From Euprymna scolopes (taxonomy: Eukaryota): a stretch of DNA of 64,000 nt. Below, piece by piece: positions 1-12,569 of this stretch (position 1 is the first letter of the stretch; each line of letters opens with the position of its first letter). The position numbers and the translations under genes were made by a program. The notes under the pieces were generated by a model, which saw only the letters and a program-made list of their open reading frames with translations, was not told the origin of the DNA and made no database searches. The stretch lies in NCBI GenBank assembly GCA_053919585.1, contig CM132783.1. The stretch is one strand, 5' to 3'.

Positions 1-334
1 AACTAAAAGAAAAGGTAGGGAGTAGGAAGTACATACCAATATCTCTTAAGATTTTATAATATATTGATAGTTCCTATTGCTTAGGCTGTCTATTATACTT
101 TTTTCTTGGAAACTAATAGGCTAATTTGGCCAAAACTTTGTATGAACCTTTGTTTTGATAAGATTGAGCGAACAAAGTATTATGGTATCTGTTCAATGCA
201 GTTAGGGATTAATAAAGATTAGTTACCACAATACCACATTTAATCCAGGAGTTTGGCAGAAAGCACACATTCTAAGTCAACGGACTATAACTTTTGCCTG
301 TTGTAAAGAAGCTATAATAAAGCTATAGTAAATA

Positions 335-708
335 TACGAGGGGCGTTCCAAAAGTAATGCCTCCAATTTTTTTTCTGTTCGAATAGAAATATAAATTCTG
401 GAGCTCAAAAGATCGCTCGTTTTAATGGTATCGCTCTCGTCTTCATAGCTCTTCAAGTTTTTGGGTTAAAGAATAAGAGACTTTACTTTTAGAACGACTC
501 TTGTATGAGAAATCGCACTCCAGACGCCCGTGCACAGCCATCATTCATTGCATGCAAAAGTGTATTGACAATGATGGTGACTATGTTGAAAAATAAATTC
601 TAGAGTACAAAAGGTCGATCGTTTTAATAATATCACTCCTGTGTTCGTAGCTCTTCAACCTTATAAGTTAAAAAATAGGAGACTTTACTTTTGGAACTAG
701 TCTCATAT
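335..708 (+). mobile_element. Internally deleted mariner relic / MITE
   Basis: Left TIR-like TACGAGGGGCGTTCCAAAAGTAA at 335; degenerate reverse complements at ~481-506 and ~682-707; 545-596 encodes a mariner C-terminus-like QKCIDNDGDYVEK*. Confidence 0.6.
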
Positions 709-1134
709 ATCTCTGCTAGTGTTGATGACACCATTCTGATTGCTGATATTTTTAAACTACTTCTGAGTTTGAGACCTCTTGCAAGAAATGGGAAATAAAA
801 ATGAACCCAGGCGAGTACAAAATCATTTTCCTGCATAACAATAATATTTCAATAAGCAACAAAACGGTTTAATAAAACAGAGATTTTGCGTTTCTTGGTT
901 CATTAGTATAAGGATTGGTATCTTAATAGAAAAATAGAAATGAGAACTTCTACATTTGTATGACTTTAAGAACAGATATGGAGTATCAACATCTCTTAAG
1001 ACTTTAGAAGGCATTGATAGTTCCTATTGCTTCTAAATGAATTTATATCCCTGCAAAAAATAATGTTTCACAAAAAAAAAAAAAACAACCTGTGGCTTTC
1101 AAACTACGAACTAAGAAAATAATTTATTCTCTGA

Positions 1135-1320
1135 GGTTCAAGATCACAGTGTAGTATCTGTTCTTCAGATGCTGTACTTCAATTTCTTGTTCTCTGTCAG
1201 TGGAGGAGAAATCCTTCACGACTGAGACAATTTTTATTTTTGTTCCTTTTCTCCACGTTAAAAAACGACCCTGGTGTCTAACTCTGTCCTGTGGGGAGGC
1301 ATTGTAAATAGGAACACTAA
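1135..1320 (+). ncRNA. U2-snRNA-headed structured repeat, dispersed copy A
   Basis: CAAGATCACAGTGTAGTATCTGTTCTT is near-identical to the U2 branch-recognition region and is followed by non-U2 sequence; about 10 differences in ~174 nt versus the copy at 33230. Transcription is not shown. Confidence 0.7.
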
Positions 1321-1379
1321 ATAGTACGGCATAATCACGTGAACAAGATAAATTCGTATTTTTTCCCCATGAGTTACCG

Positions 1380-1640
1380 TTTGTCAAGGCCCAAAGGTCA
1401 CTCAAGGATAAGGGCATATAAGATTACCAGTTGGCGATGAAGAACACCATGAGAGGATTGGAAACAACAGGTAAAATGATCAGAATTTAATAGTTTAAAT
1501 AGACGAATCAACAAGATGTTTACATTGGACTTAAAAACGACCATGATGTAGTCAACTGGAAAACAACCCCGTGATATTGTGTTCAATAAACGGGAAGGTA
1601 TTGGTAAAAATCTTTGTTCACAGAAGTTCTGTTTAGTTTT
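1380..1640 (-). mobile_element. CR1-type LINE 3' fragment
   Basis: ORF 1398-1586 CFPVDYIMVVFKSNVN matches the RT C-terminus of the 37330-39105 copy; 3'UTR GTCACTCAAGGATAAGGG is shared. Confidence 0.65.
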
Positions 1641-1692
1641 ATAAAAATTGCTTCAGACAAGATGTAAGGAAGCAAACAATACAAAGTCTATG

Positions 1693-2378
1693 TTTTTTTT
1701 TTTTTTTTTTTTTTTTTAATTACATTTTCACCCCAAACAAGGCACATTGCCACTTTGGTGTAGGGGGCTACTATCAGGGGAAACATCTACTGGGGTACTA
1801 TGTAGGGATTAGGGCAGCGAGATGATGGTTCACGTTGCACTTGAACTTATGCATGTCAGTACAGTTGGGGAAGCAGTGACCTGGAATGGAATTCCAAAGT
1901 CTAGCAGTTCTGGGGAAGAAACTACTGGAGTAGAAAGATCTTTTACATCTAGGGATCTCTACAGTGTGGGGGTGGGATTTTGCAGCTTGTCGGGTCTGTC
2001 AAGGGTGTTCACGTCGTGGGGGCACAAGTGCTTGCAGTTCATCAGAGCATTCACCATTATAATACTTGTAGAACAGGCAAAGGGATGCAACGTTTCGACG
2101 ATGGGACAGAGGCTGAAGCTTAGATGCCAGTTTAGGGCCTATCAGATTTGCGACTCTCTTTTGAACCCTGTCAAGGAGCGAGAGACTAGTAGCCGATGCA
2201 CCAGCCCAAATATGACAGCAATACTCCATACATGGGCGAATGGTTGCCTTATAGAGGTACAGGATACTTTCGGGTGTTAATAGTTTTCTAGCACGGTAGA
2301 GAGAGCCCACTTTCCTTACAGCGGCCCTGGCAATGCTCTCGATGTAATTGTTCCAACAAAAAGAAAAAACAGCCAAAA
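1693..2378 (-). mobile_element. CR1-type LINE 3' fragment with poly(A) tail
   Basis: ORF 1999-2376 YLYKATIRPCMEYCCHIWAG...LQPLSHRRNVASLCLFYKYY; T-run at 1693-1717 is the poly(A) tail on the minus strand. Confidence 0.85.
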
Positions 2379-2384
2379 GTGTTA

Positions 2385-3006
2385 GGACTAAAGGACAAAA
2401 TCAGTCATAAGTAAACTTCAAGTTTACTTTTGAGTTTCTTATGTACAGTTTTATGTGGATAGATAAAACAAACAAAAAAAATAGTAAGGTATAAAAATAA
2501 CAACATTGTATACAAAAATACACTGATACGAATATACAGAAAATAAATAATAAAAACCAATTAAAAGAACATCGTGCCACAAAAACAAAAAGAAGTATTA
2601 AGCATAAAGAAAACCTACTCGTTATGCTAAGTCTGTTTGGATAGCGAGTCCTACGACAGATCATCTGTCCAGTTTGAGATCTGAGAGAGAGAGAGAGAAA
2701 GATTCGTTTGGAGTAAAATTTCTGTGATCCTTAGACAGACATAACATGATCGGCACGCCCTCTACCGATGAAGCAAATAATCTCCATGGGAGATAATTAT
2801 ATTTCTACGTTTTAATGACGGTGAAAGTGTGTATGTTTAATTTCATTTGGGAAAAAGAATGAAAATTTTTCCCACATCAAAAAAAGCATTACGTATTCTT
2901 ACATGTGTTTGTCATAACAAAGGGAAAAATACACACATCAGTGCGCCAATTAAGAAAACAATGTATATCTTTGGGCTCATTAAGAAAGAAGATATGAATT
3001 CCAGCC
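2385..3006. repeat. Dispersed repeat, paralog of 8405-8486 + 10334-10914
   Basis: Near-identical sequence (same 85-aa pseudo-ORF start at 2847 and 10755); carries the empty TA site for the Tc1 insertion at 8487. Confidence 0.85.
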
Positions 3007-3016
3007 TTAATCAAGA

Positions 3017-3096
<80 letters not shown>

Positions 3097-3404
3097 CGAG
3101 ATAAGACACTGATAGAATTCAGATAAAAAATCCTGATAGATATTACTTGAAGTAATACTTTTAAGGAGATCCTAGGCAAAAAGCAAAAGCTCAATATTTA
3201 AGAATAGAGCAACATATAAGTTTCGTGGTTAAATTTTAAATACTGAAAAAACAACATATAGAGACATATATTCGATTCAAGAATTTATTGCTTGACAAAA
3301 GGAATATATAGAAGGGGTTATTTTAATTTACTTAATCCATGGATTTTCAACAATGGTTCATATCAGCAGAGGAAATGAAATGCAGTTAGCAAAATGTTCA
3401 GCTG

Positions 3405-3727
3405 AAATGTTTAATCGGGTCGAAAACATACAGCGTTTATCAGTATATTTGAAAAATACAAATGGTGGCAGACTGTGTTAAACACGTTAAGTTTGGGAAA
3501 ATGAGTTAAAACTAAAAAACTATACAAAATACTGCTAGGAACTCACTCAATATATGTTACCGTGACATAGACTAACATATATTCAGTGGTAATTTAACAG
3601 TAATTTGTACAGTTTTTTAGTTTTAACTGATTTTCCCAAACTTAACGTGTTTAACACAGTCTGCCCCTATTTGTAATTTTCAAATAGAGCGGTAAACGCT
3701 GTGTTTTTTGAGCCGAATAAACATTTT
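3405..3727. mobile_element. Foldback / palindromic MITE
   Basis: ~155-bp imperfect inverted arms (GCAGACTGTGTTAAACACGTTAAGTTTGGGAAAAT / ATTTTCCCAAACTTAACGTGTTTAACACAGTCTGC) with a ~13-bp spacer. Confidence 0.75.
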
Positions 3728-3733
3728 ACATTA

Positions 3734-3983
3734 AATAAAAACACTAAAAAATTATCCAGTTTGGTAGAAAAGTAATTCATCTTGCCTTTGATAATATTTG
3801 TTATGCATTTGTTTTTTGACAACTTTTTCAAATCTATGTGTACATTAATACAAACCCAATAAAAACACTAAAAATTATCTAGTTCGGTAGAAAAGTAACT
3901 TATCTTGCCTTTGAAAACATTTACTTGTTATATATTTGTTTTTGTTGACAACTTTTTCAGATCTTTGTGCAAGTACAAACCCG
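3734..3983. repeat. Tandem duplication, 2 x ~124 bp
   Basis: AATAAAAACACTAAAAA..TTATC..GGTAGAAAAGTAA..ATCTTGCCTTTGA occurs at ~3734 and ~3858. Confidence 0.75.
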
Positions 3984-4099
3984 AAGGGGGGTATTTTTCT
4001 GTATATTTTTATTTTTGGTACCGCGCTATTTTAAAATAGTTTTTCCAAGTTAAATTTAAATTTCACGATATCTTTTTTTTTTTTTTTGGTATTTTCTTT

Positions 4100-4438
4100 T
4101 TACATTAGGTCCACCTCCAAAATTTTCTTTAAAATGACTACTTTGAAAGGTTTTCGATTACGCTGAATAAGAAAATCTCATTTAAAATTTGTAGAGGCAA
4201 ATAGTTTTCTTGATATAAAGACCTGTACTATGCACTATAATTCACTTGCGGCCATAAATAAACACCCCAATCTCCCCATATTAAAAACGGCTTTCGGAAT
4301 AAACACCTGTAACCTCACCATGTTAAAAACGGCTTTTGGAATAAATACCACCATTCTCCCTATGTTAAGAACGGCTTTCAGAATAAAAACCACCAACCTA
4401 CCCATGTTAAAAATTGTGGAGGTGAACCTAATGTGAAA
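4100..4438. mobile_element. TIR element (MITE) with internal 42-bp minisatellite
   Basis: TIRs ACATTAGGTCCACCTCCAAAATTTT / AAAATTGTGGAGGTGAACCTAATGT; about 4 copies of a 42-bp unit at ~4256-4412. Confidence 0.7.
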
Positions 4439-4459
4439 ATTTACCTTTTGTTTTTTTTA

Positions 4460-5550
4460 TAAATTGTTAGTTGAAAACACAGAAGGCAGATTTGCAGTTT
4501 AGTTGTACAAATACCCTCAAACCAGGTAATCACTAAAAGGGACTCTTAAAGGTCGACACCGGTATCGAGCAAAAGTTTGTTTACATGTTTTACAAACTTT
4601 AAATGGGTAAAATATACGAACATTATTGAAAATGTGATCATGTGATTAAAATTTAATTTAAATTAACCATGTTGTTTAACAAATTTAAAAAATATAATGC
4701 AAGATGAAGTTTTAAAATGATTAAATGTTTTATTATATTTAAAATTAAAAACATTGCCCAATAAAAATTAAATTTTGGGTGCTTATGTATTTTTGGTGCC
4801 GTGCTGAAATACTAACGTTATTATTTTGAAAACCAGTCTAAATGAGGAGTTGAAGGTGTTTTATAACTATTCTGTGCTTCTCACCTTACAATTAAAAAAA
4901 AAAAAGAGATATCGTGAAACTTGAATTTAAACTGAAAAAAAAAAAAAAAAAAACTATAAAAATAGCAAGGTAGCATCTGCCATCGTATATATCCGAGAAC
5001 AATATCTACTGTAAAATTAAACCAAAATTTGGCACTTATGCGTTTTTGATACCACACTATTATTTTTAAATAGTTTTTTTCAGGTTAAATTAAAGTTTCA
5101 AGATATTTTTTAACTGTAAAATGTAAGCACAGAATAGTTACAAAACATCCTCCCCATGTTAAGAATGACTTTCAAAATAATGACATTATTTTAGCACAGT
5201 AACAAAAAGTGCATTAGTACCCAAAATTTTATTTTTATTGTTCAATGTTTTTAATTTTAAATTATAAAATAAAACATATTTAATCATTATAATACTTCAT
5301 CTTACATTATTTTTGAAATTTGTTAAACAACGTGGTTAATTTAAATTAAAATTTAATCACATGATCACATTTTCAATAATTATGTGATTACATTCTATCC
5401 ACTTAAAGTTTGTAGAACATGTAAAAAAAACCTTCTGCTCGATACCGATGTTTACTTGTAAGAGTCTCTTTTAGAGATTACCTGGTTTGAGGATATTTGT
5501 ACAACTAAACGTCAAATCTGCCGAAAACTTCTCTGTATTTCACCTAACAA
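4460..5550. mobile_element. Large foldback element (~500-bp inverted arms)
   Basis: 4487-4620 is the imperfect reverse complement of 5390-5521; similarity continues inward to a ~70-bp spacer near 4975-5045. Confidence 0.7.
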
Positions 5551-6480
5551 TGTCTTTAATAAAGAAAAAGCATTCATATTTTCGCATATAAAAACTTCTG
5601 TAAAAAAAAAGAAAAAGTGTACTTTCAATTTTGTTAAAAAAGTTTTCTTATGGTAAAAAAAGTAAAAACAAAACAATCGAATCTTAATCGGACCTTAATC
5701 GAGTTGTTTTTTTTTTCAAGTTAAATTCAACTTTCACAATATCTTTTTAATATAATTTCACGATTTTTTTTTGTAATAATAAATTGTGAATAATAAATTG
5801 TTTTTAATAATAAATTGTTAGATGAAAGCACAGAATAGTTACAAAACTCCATCCCCTCTTGCTGGTAAGAATGGCTGAAAAAAAAACAAATAAAATTAAA
5901 AATAAAGATATTGCAGCACGTTACCAAAATGCATATGTACCGTGAATTTTCTTCGAAAAAACAAACAAACTGTACTTTCACCTAACAGTTTATAATTTTA
6001 ATAATAAAAAAGTTCATATTTTCTTATATAGAAACAACTGTTAAAAAAAAAGAATTTAAAAACGTATGCCCCCAATTTTGTTTTTACGACAAAGATGATT
6101 TTGTTAAGGCTCTTTAACTTTTATGTTTCAACTCAAAACGCACCTTCTGGCGAGCAATTTGTTTTAAATTTAAAAAAAAATTGGGAAATTAATTTAAATT
6201 TTAAAAATAGAGGATGTTTTTTTTCACTTATCGATTAGAGTCCTCAAATTGTGGTGGATACATTGAAATAACTATCGGAAGTAATACTCGAATTGTCCCA
6301 CAACAGCGACTTACGAAAAATATTTTTATTTTATTTAACATTTTTATAATTTGATATATTAATTTATTTTAATAGCATAAAACATTCCTTGACTCCAAGG
6401 AAAGGCTGTCTGAAAATTTCAATTAAATTGGTAATGTAGAAATATGGTTTTTATTGATAACGAACGAACCAAGGATTACA

Positions 6481-6548
<68 letters not shown>

Positions 6549-7217
6549 AGGAAGAAAACTAATAAGTTTAAGATTTAAATATGAAAAAGTAAAAGGATTA
6601 ATTGTTAAAACTGAAAAAAAAAGACAAGATATTCTAGTAAAAACTATAATAAATTTATAACTTAAAATACTAAAGCATTAATAATTTTTTAAAACTGAAT
6701 TTAACATTATATAATCAATTCTTAATTAATACTGCAAAATTTTAAGTTATAAATTATGATTCCCTTATTTTTCCAGGTTTTGCTTGGAAATAAAATTTTC
6801 ACTCACTGCTTCACTTGTTATCTGTGAATTATTAGCGAGAGTAAACCTGAGCGACAGATTGGGACAGCAGTGAATTATTTGCCACATTTTTTTATTATTA
6901 TATTCTGTTACGTCACCATTTCCGCTGTTGCCGGCCGATTTGAAGCAGCATAACACATTTGGTTGCTAATCAACAGTCAATAAGAAAAAAAGTCTCTCAG
7001 TTCCTTATAAATTCTGAGAATTTTTTAACACAGTCATTTTATTATAACTTTTGTTTTACTAAACGAAAATTGAAAATTTTTTTCAAAATAAAGCAGAGAA
7101 TGTGATCTATGAACTGTAAAAATTGATTGAAATTTAGTCGTAAACTGAGTGAGCGATAAAGCTTTAAAGCAGTTCAAAATGCACGTAACTATATATTCTA
7201 ACACGGTAGGGCTTGAA

Positions 7218-7219
<2 letters not shown>

Positions 7220-7284
<65 letters not shown>

Positions 7285-8012
7285 CTGAACGTCTGTGTGT
7301 GTGTCTGGTCACGAATAGGCTCCTATATGGTTGACTATTATAGAAAACTGATCACATATAATGATAAAAGATGTATCGCGACACAGGAAATGGTATGTTT
7401 GATCTGGCATAATGATGATTCATTAAAATTGTGGGATCTGCGTACACGCCCGGTCCACAAAGTATGGAAATAAAAATTAAAAAAAAAAACGTTTACAAGT
7501 GTTTTTGATATAGATGTACATAATAATACTTTGATAAGTATGTTTTAACATGGATGGTATAATAAAATTGTGGGGTCTGTGTTCGCGCCTGGCATCCATA
7601 GAATGGAAATAGGCACAAACTTTAATAAAGACTTTTCATATCTATCTGAGTAAGTATACTTTGATAATTATGTTTCAGTTTGAAGAAATATGGTATAATA
7701 AAATGATGGAGTGTTCGTTCGCACCTGACCTCCATAGAATAGAAATATGTCACAAAGTTTAACAAGGTGTTTTAATATAGATCCAATATATTGTGATAAG
7801 TGTTTCAGTGTGAACAGGTATAGTATAATAAACTATGGGGTTTATCTATTTTATTTTTACTTTCATCATATTTTGCTTTGGTTTTGATACCCCCAAATCC
7901 GAATCTATCTCTTTACAACCCTTCCTTTTCATAACCTATCATACTTTCATAAATCAGAGTCCATTTTCTATAGGCTGTTTTTGAACCCAGTCAACGACGG
8001 GTACTTTTGCTA

Positions 8013-8013
<1 letters not shown>
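7220..8013 (+). mobile_element. Non-autonomous Helitron-like element
   Basis: 5' (TA)n-AAGCTGAACGTCTGTGTG; ~135-bp internal subrepeats; 3' hairpin ACCCAGTCAACGACGGGT then CTAG|T at 8010-8014; truncated sister copy at ~39300-39550. Confidence 0.7.
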
Positions 8014-8084
<71 letters not shown>

Positions 8085-8658
8085 CGTAAAACAAGTGTTC
8101 TATTAAAAAAGTATATATTCTTATTGGGAAAATTATTTACATGCTTACATATTTATTATATTATTTACTAGTAAGACTCGTAAAACTTTGAGGCCTAGCA
8201 AACTCTCTGAAGTCTATATAAATAATTTTACGTTTAGTTTTATAAAAATCGCTTCAGACAAAACAACTTGATATAAAGAGTTAAAAAATACAAATTCTAT
8301 GTAAAAAAAATACTAGCCAAGGATGAGTGTGAGATGGATAGATTCCGACACGGACAACAGCAATTCTTTCACTTTTATCAGAAACATCGCTCATGGAGTG
8401 TGAGAACTAAAGGACAAGATAAGGAAAGTGAGCGTTACAGATCAGTCATAGGTAAACCTCAAGTTTACTTTCGAGTTTTTTATGTACACTCATGAGCAAA
8501 ACAGAAAAAAAAAAAAATTGGGCCAAGAGTGAAAGAAGGAAGGAATCGAATTGTCAATATTTTTCCATGTAATTTTATTAATTTTAACTAAACATCTCTA
8601 TTTTGCAGATAATTATTATTATAGCATACAATAATAAGTGGAAAAATTAATCCTAAAA

Positions 8659-10203
8659 ATGGTAAGACTGCATCTTGGCGAGGACTCATCCTGTTCAAAA
8701 TAGACTTCGTAGCCCTGTAAAGGATGTCCTTTTCTATTCCCTGAAACCTCTTTCTCACAGAAGAAATGTTGCGAGTTTGTCTCTGCTTTATCGTTATTTT
8801 CATGGCAAGTGCTCGGCTGAGCTCCAATCTATGGTCACCCCTCGCCAAACTTTCACAAGAAACACCCGTCTAGCAGTAAACACTATCAATAATTCCCGCC
8901 CCCACTCTTTATCTGTGCCTAAACCTAAACGTAGATTCCATAAGCAAAGCTTCTTTCTTAGAACTGCACGCCTGTGGAATTGTCTTACGTTTTCCTGCTT
9001 TCCAGCTGACTACAATATGGTTGTCTTCAAGTATAACGTAAACAAGTTGTTGTTGAGCCGTTCCATATAAGTTAACAAATTTACCGAATGTCCCTTACTA
9101 ACGATTACTATATTGTCCAATTTCTACTGTATACTCTTTAACCTCGAGTCGCCTCCTGGCCTTGATAAAGGGTGATGCCTATGTACAAAAAAAAAGGATA
9201 TAAAATAAACGAATTGCAGGATTAAGGCGGTCCAAAATAACTTACAAGCAAACTTTTGATATTTTAAGAAAAGAAAATATGAAAACATCTCTTTCTGCAG
9301 TGAAGCGAATTGGTCAAAGGTTCGAAGTCGAACGCTCGGTAAAAAGGAAATCTGGATCTGGTCGCCCGACAGCATCCACTTTGAAGGACTACCATAGGCT
9401 TAAGTTTACTGTTTTGGAGGATCGAAAGAAAACTTATGTTGACCATAGCAAAGAATTCAAAACAGGGGCTGGATATTCTCTTTCTAGATCTATAATATCT
9501 AGACGAATGAAAGAAATGGGATTTTCTTCTAAAAGGTGTGCAAAGAAGCCATTTTTATCTAAGAAGAACATCAATGATAGAAAGAGGTTTTTCTCGTGTT
9601 ATGGCAAGAAAGATACAGACTAGTTCAGGAATGATTTTTGGTTAGATAAATCAAGATTTGACTTGTTAGTGATGTTCCTGAACGGTGCATTCGAAGAACC
9701 AGAGAAAAATTTTCGCCAAGTTGCATAAAAACGACAGTTAAACACGGGAATGGAGGGATAATGGTATGGGGAACTTTTACTGCAGCGGGGGTTATTAGAT
9801 GTGAGAAGTCAATCAATGCAAAGGAATACATTTGAATATTAGAAACATAACTGTTATCAAGTATCCAGAAGCTGGGAATATCCCAGAACACCATTTTTAA
9901 ACATGATAATGCCCCTGAACACACTGCTAAAGTCACACAAAATAGTTTTCTGATAATGGAATTGATGTGATTTTTTGGCCAGGTGAAAGCCCCGATTTAA
10001 ACTCAATCGAGAATATTTGGTCCATAATATCTCGTGCATTGGCCGAAAGAACCTCTGAGAACAATGACAAACTGTGGGAAGCTGTGCAAAGCGAATGGAA
10101 TAGCATCTCCTCTTCACAGTGTTCCACTTTGGTTGAGAGCATGTCTAAAAGGATTGATCTTTTAAAGAAATCAAAAGGGAATGCGATTCCATACTCAGCA
10201 TTT
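8659..10203 (+). pseudogene. Tc1 DDE transposase pseudogene
   Basis: Starts MVRLHLGED at 8659, is split by the LINE insert, and resumes in ORFs 9279-9623 and 9967-10245 with stops and frameshifts. Confidence 0.85.
8688..9195 (+). mobile_element. CR1-type LINE 3' fragment nested in Tc1
   Basis: VQNRLR...LSHRRNVASLSLLYRYFHGKCS...CFPADYNMVVFKYNVN; 3'UTR CCTTGATAAAGGGTGATGCC followed by an A-tail. Confidence 0.88.
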
Positions 10204-10567
10204 ATTAAATTAAATGTTTTGTTCTGTGTTATTAGCCTCGTTTAAGTTTCCTTGTTCAATCGTTCTTTGTTCAATATAGTAATGCAATAAAATGTATAGA
10301 ATTTGTTTGGCCCATTTTTTTTGCTCACGAGTGTACAGTCTTATGTGTATAGATAAAAATAAAAAAATAAATACTAAGATACAAGAACAACATTGTATAC
10401 AAAAATACACTAATACGAATATACAGAAAATACATAATAAAAACCAATTAAAAGACCATCGTGCCACAAAAACAAAAAGAAGTATTAAGCATAAAGAAAA
10501 CTTACTTGTTATGCAAGGTCTGTTTGGATAGAAAGTCCTACGACAGATCATCTGTCCAGTTTGAGAT

Positions 10568-10611
<44 letters not shown>

Positions 10612-11783
10612 TTCGTTTGGAGTAAAATTTCTATGATCCTTAGACAGACATTACATGATCGGCACGCCCTCTACCGATGAAGCAAATAATCTCCCTGGGA
10701 GATAATTATATTTCTACGACTAATGAAGGTGAAAGTGTGTATGTTTAATTTCATTTGGGAAAAAGAATGAAAATTTTTCCCACATCAAAAAAAGCATTAC
10801 GTATTCTTACATGTGTTTGTCATAACAAAGGGAAAAATACACACATCAGTGCGCCAATTAAGAAAACAATGTATATCTTTGGGCTCATTAAGAAAGAAGA
10901 TATGAATTCCAGCCNNNNNNNNNNNNNNNNNNNNNNNNNNNNNNNNNNNNNNNNNNNNNNNNNNNNNNNNNNNNNNNNNNNNNNNNNNNNNNNNNNNNNN
11001 NNNNNNNNNNNNNNNNNNNNNNNNNNNNNNNNNNNNNNNNNNNNAGCAAAAACCTTATCCTTCAGTCATAACGATAATCTGAATAACATAGTCAAAACAA
11101 TAAAAATAATAAAAAGCAAACGCCAACCCAAAAACTTAAATCACATTCTAACTTCCTCCAAACTCAAACACACTACGAAAGGGGGTTACAAAAGGCAACA
11201 AACAGCGATGTGGAGTTTGTGACATAATAATATAAGGAAACACAAACACAGTCAAAAACCCAACACAAACATTCAGAATAAAAAAAGACCTAACCTACAC
11301 CGCCAGAAATGTAGTGTATGCACTAATATGCACAATATGCGACAAATCTTACATAGACGCCACCAAAATCCTCAGTAACAGCCTTACGTAAGAGCAACAT
11401 AAAAATTGCAGAAAACAGACACATGTATCTTTCAAAACACGTACATACGTGCAGTGAAAATGACTTTAAAATAATGCCTATTATCGAAACAGACAATTAC
11501 TTTTACTTACACAAGAAAAAAATTTCATAAAAAGATTAACTCCCGAATCGAACAGAGCTTAATATAGACACAAATGAAATGCAAAACACACCCGCACACA
11601 CGTACATATACATGCATACACCTGAACATATAAATTAGAACCGACACATTAAAACGCACACACGCACGCACGCACACACACACATACAAAGACACAGGCA
11701 CAAAATTCCCGCATCTCTAATGTAACATATTGAACAATACCACCCTTACTTTAATACGAGACCAACAACATTAAGCAATACCT

Positions 11784-11996
11784 AGAATCACAGTGTAGTA
11801 TCTGTCCTGATACTACATCCACCTTTTCTACCCTCAGTAAGTGGAGGAGAAATACTTCGGTAGTCAGACAATTTGGATTTTCGTTCTCGTGCCTATCCAG
11901 AGTGCCCCCTTTTGGGAACAGGATTTTCCCCACGCTAAAAACCAATCCTGTGTCTAATCTTGCCCACGTGGGGAGATAAATGAATAGAAACACTAA
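11784..11996 (+). ncRNA. U2-headed structured repeat, diverged copy B
   Basis: ATCACAGTGTAGTATCTGT folded with GATACTACA; GTGGAGGAGAAAT..AGACAATTT middle; CCCCACG-CTAAAAA..GTGTCTAA..CGTGGGGAG tail; ends AATAGAAACACTAA, like copy A. Confidence 0.65.
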
Positions 11997-12488
11997 GAAA
12001 CCCATTGTTTATTCATAAATTACATCAACAAACGTAATTATAAAATCACAAATATTATGAATATCTCAACAGACTAAAACGAAAATCTCAATAGAAAGAA
12101 ATTAAAATCTAAAAATCAAAATTGGATGTTAATGAAGAAACGATTTCTAGACAAAACCTACAAAAACTGCTTGATAGAACACGCATTCCACAAACCAATA
12201 CAAGGAAACATACACATATACACACACTCACACACACTCCGCTACACACATACATACGCACACGGACACACTTATATGACGAAGCATCAATGCACCCCAC
12301 ACCTTCACACAAGAAGGAAAGTAAAAACGTAAAAAACTGACTATGGACTGACTCCCAATAAACAAGGGAAAGAGAGAAACACACTTATGAAAACCTTTGG
12401 AGACATTAAAAAATATTCCAACCCTTTGGAAACGTCTTGCATCATCAAAATGGTCAGCAAAAACGCCATCCTGCATTTTAAACATTTT

Positions 12489-12569
12489 AAATAGTTTACA
12501 TTTTGAATATGTTACAAACGTTCTGAAGAGGACGCTTTAAAGAACGTCCGAAACGCGTTAAAACTATTT
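12489..12569 (+). ncRNA. Minimal type I hammerhead ribozyme (Penelope-associated)
   Basis: CTGAAGA (12523-29), stem II GGACG/CGTCC, GAAA, palindromic stem III AACGCGTT; distal stem I AAATAGTTT/AAACTATTT. Confidence 0.7.

Larger units (their letters stand above)
8487..10333 (+). mobile_element. Tc1-family DNA transposon, degenerate, interrupted by a CR1 fragment
   Basis: TIRs CACTCATGAGCAAAA..TTGGGCCAA / TTGGCCCATTTTTTTTGCTCACGAGTG; TA TSD (8485-86, 10334-35); transposase motifs SGRP (HTH region), LDKSRF, HDNAPEH, WPGESPDLNSIENIW. Confidence 0.92.

Noticed and set aside
2847-3194. ORFs with YIYI, ERER, SLSL or X runs (also 7034, 20258, 25005, 35334, 59804)
   Set aside because: Translations of microsatellites or N gaps.
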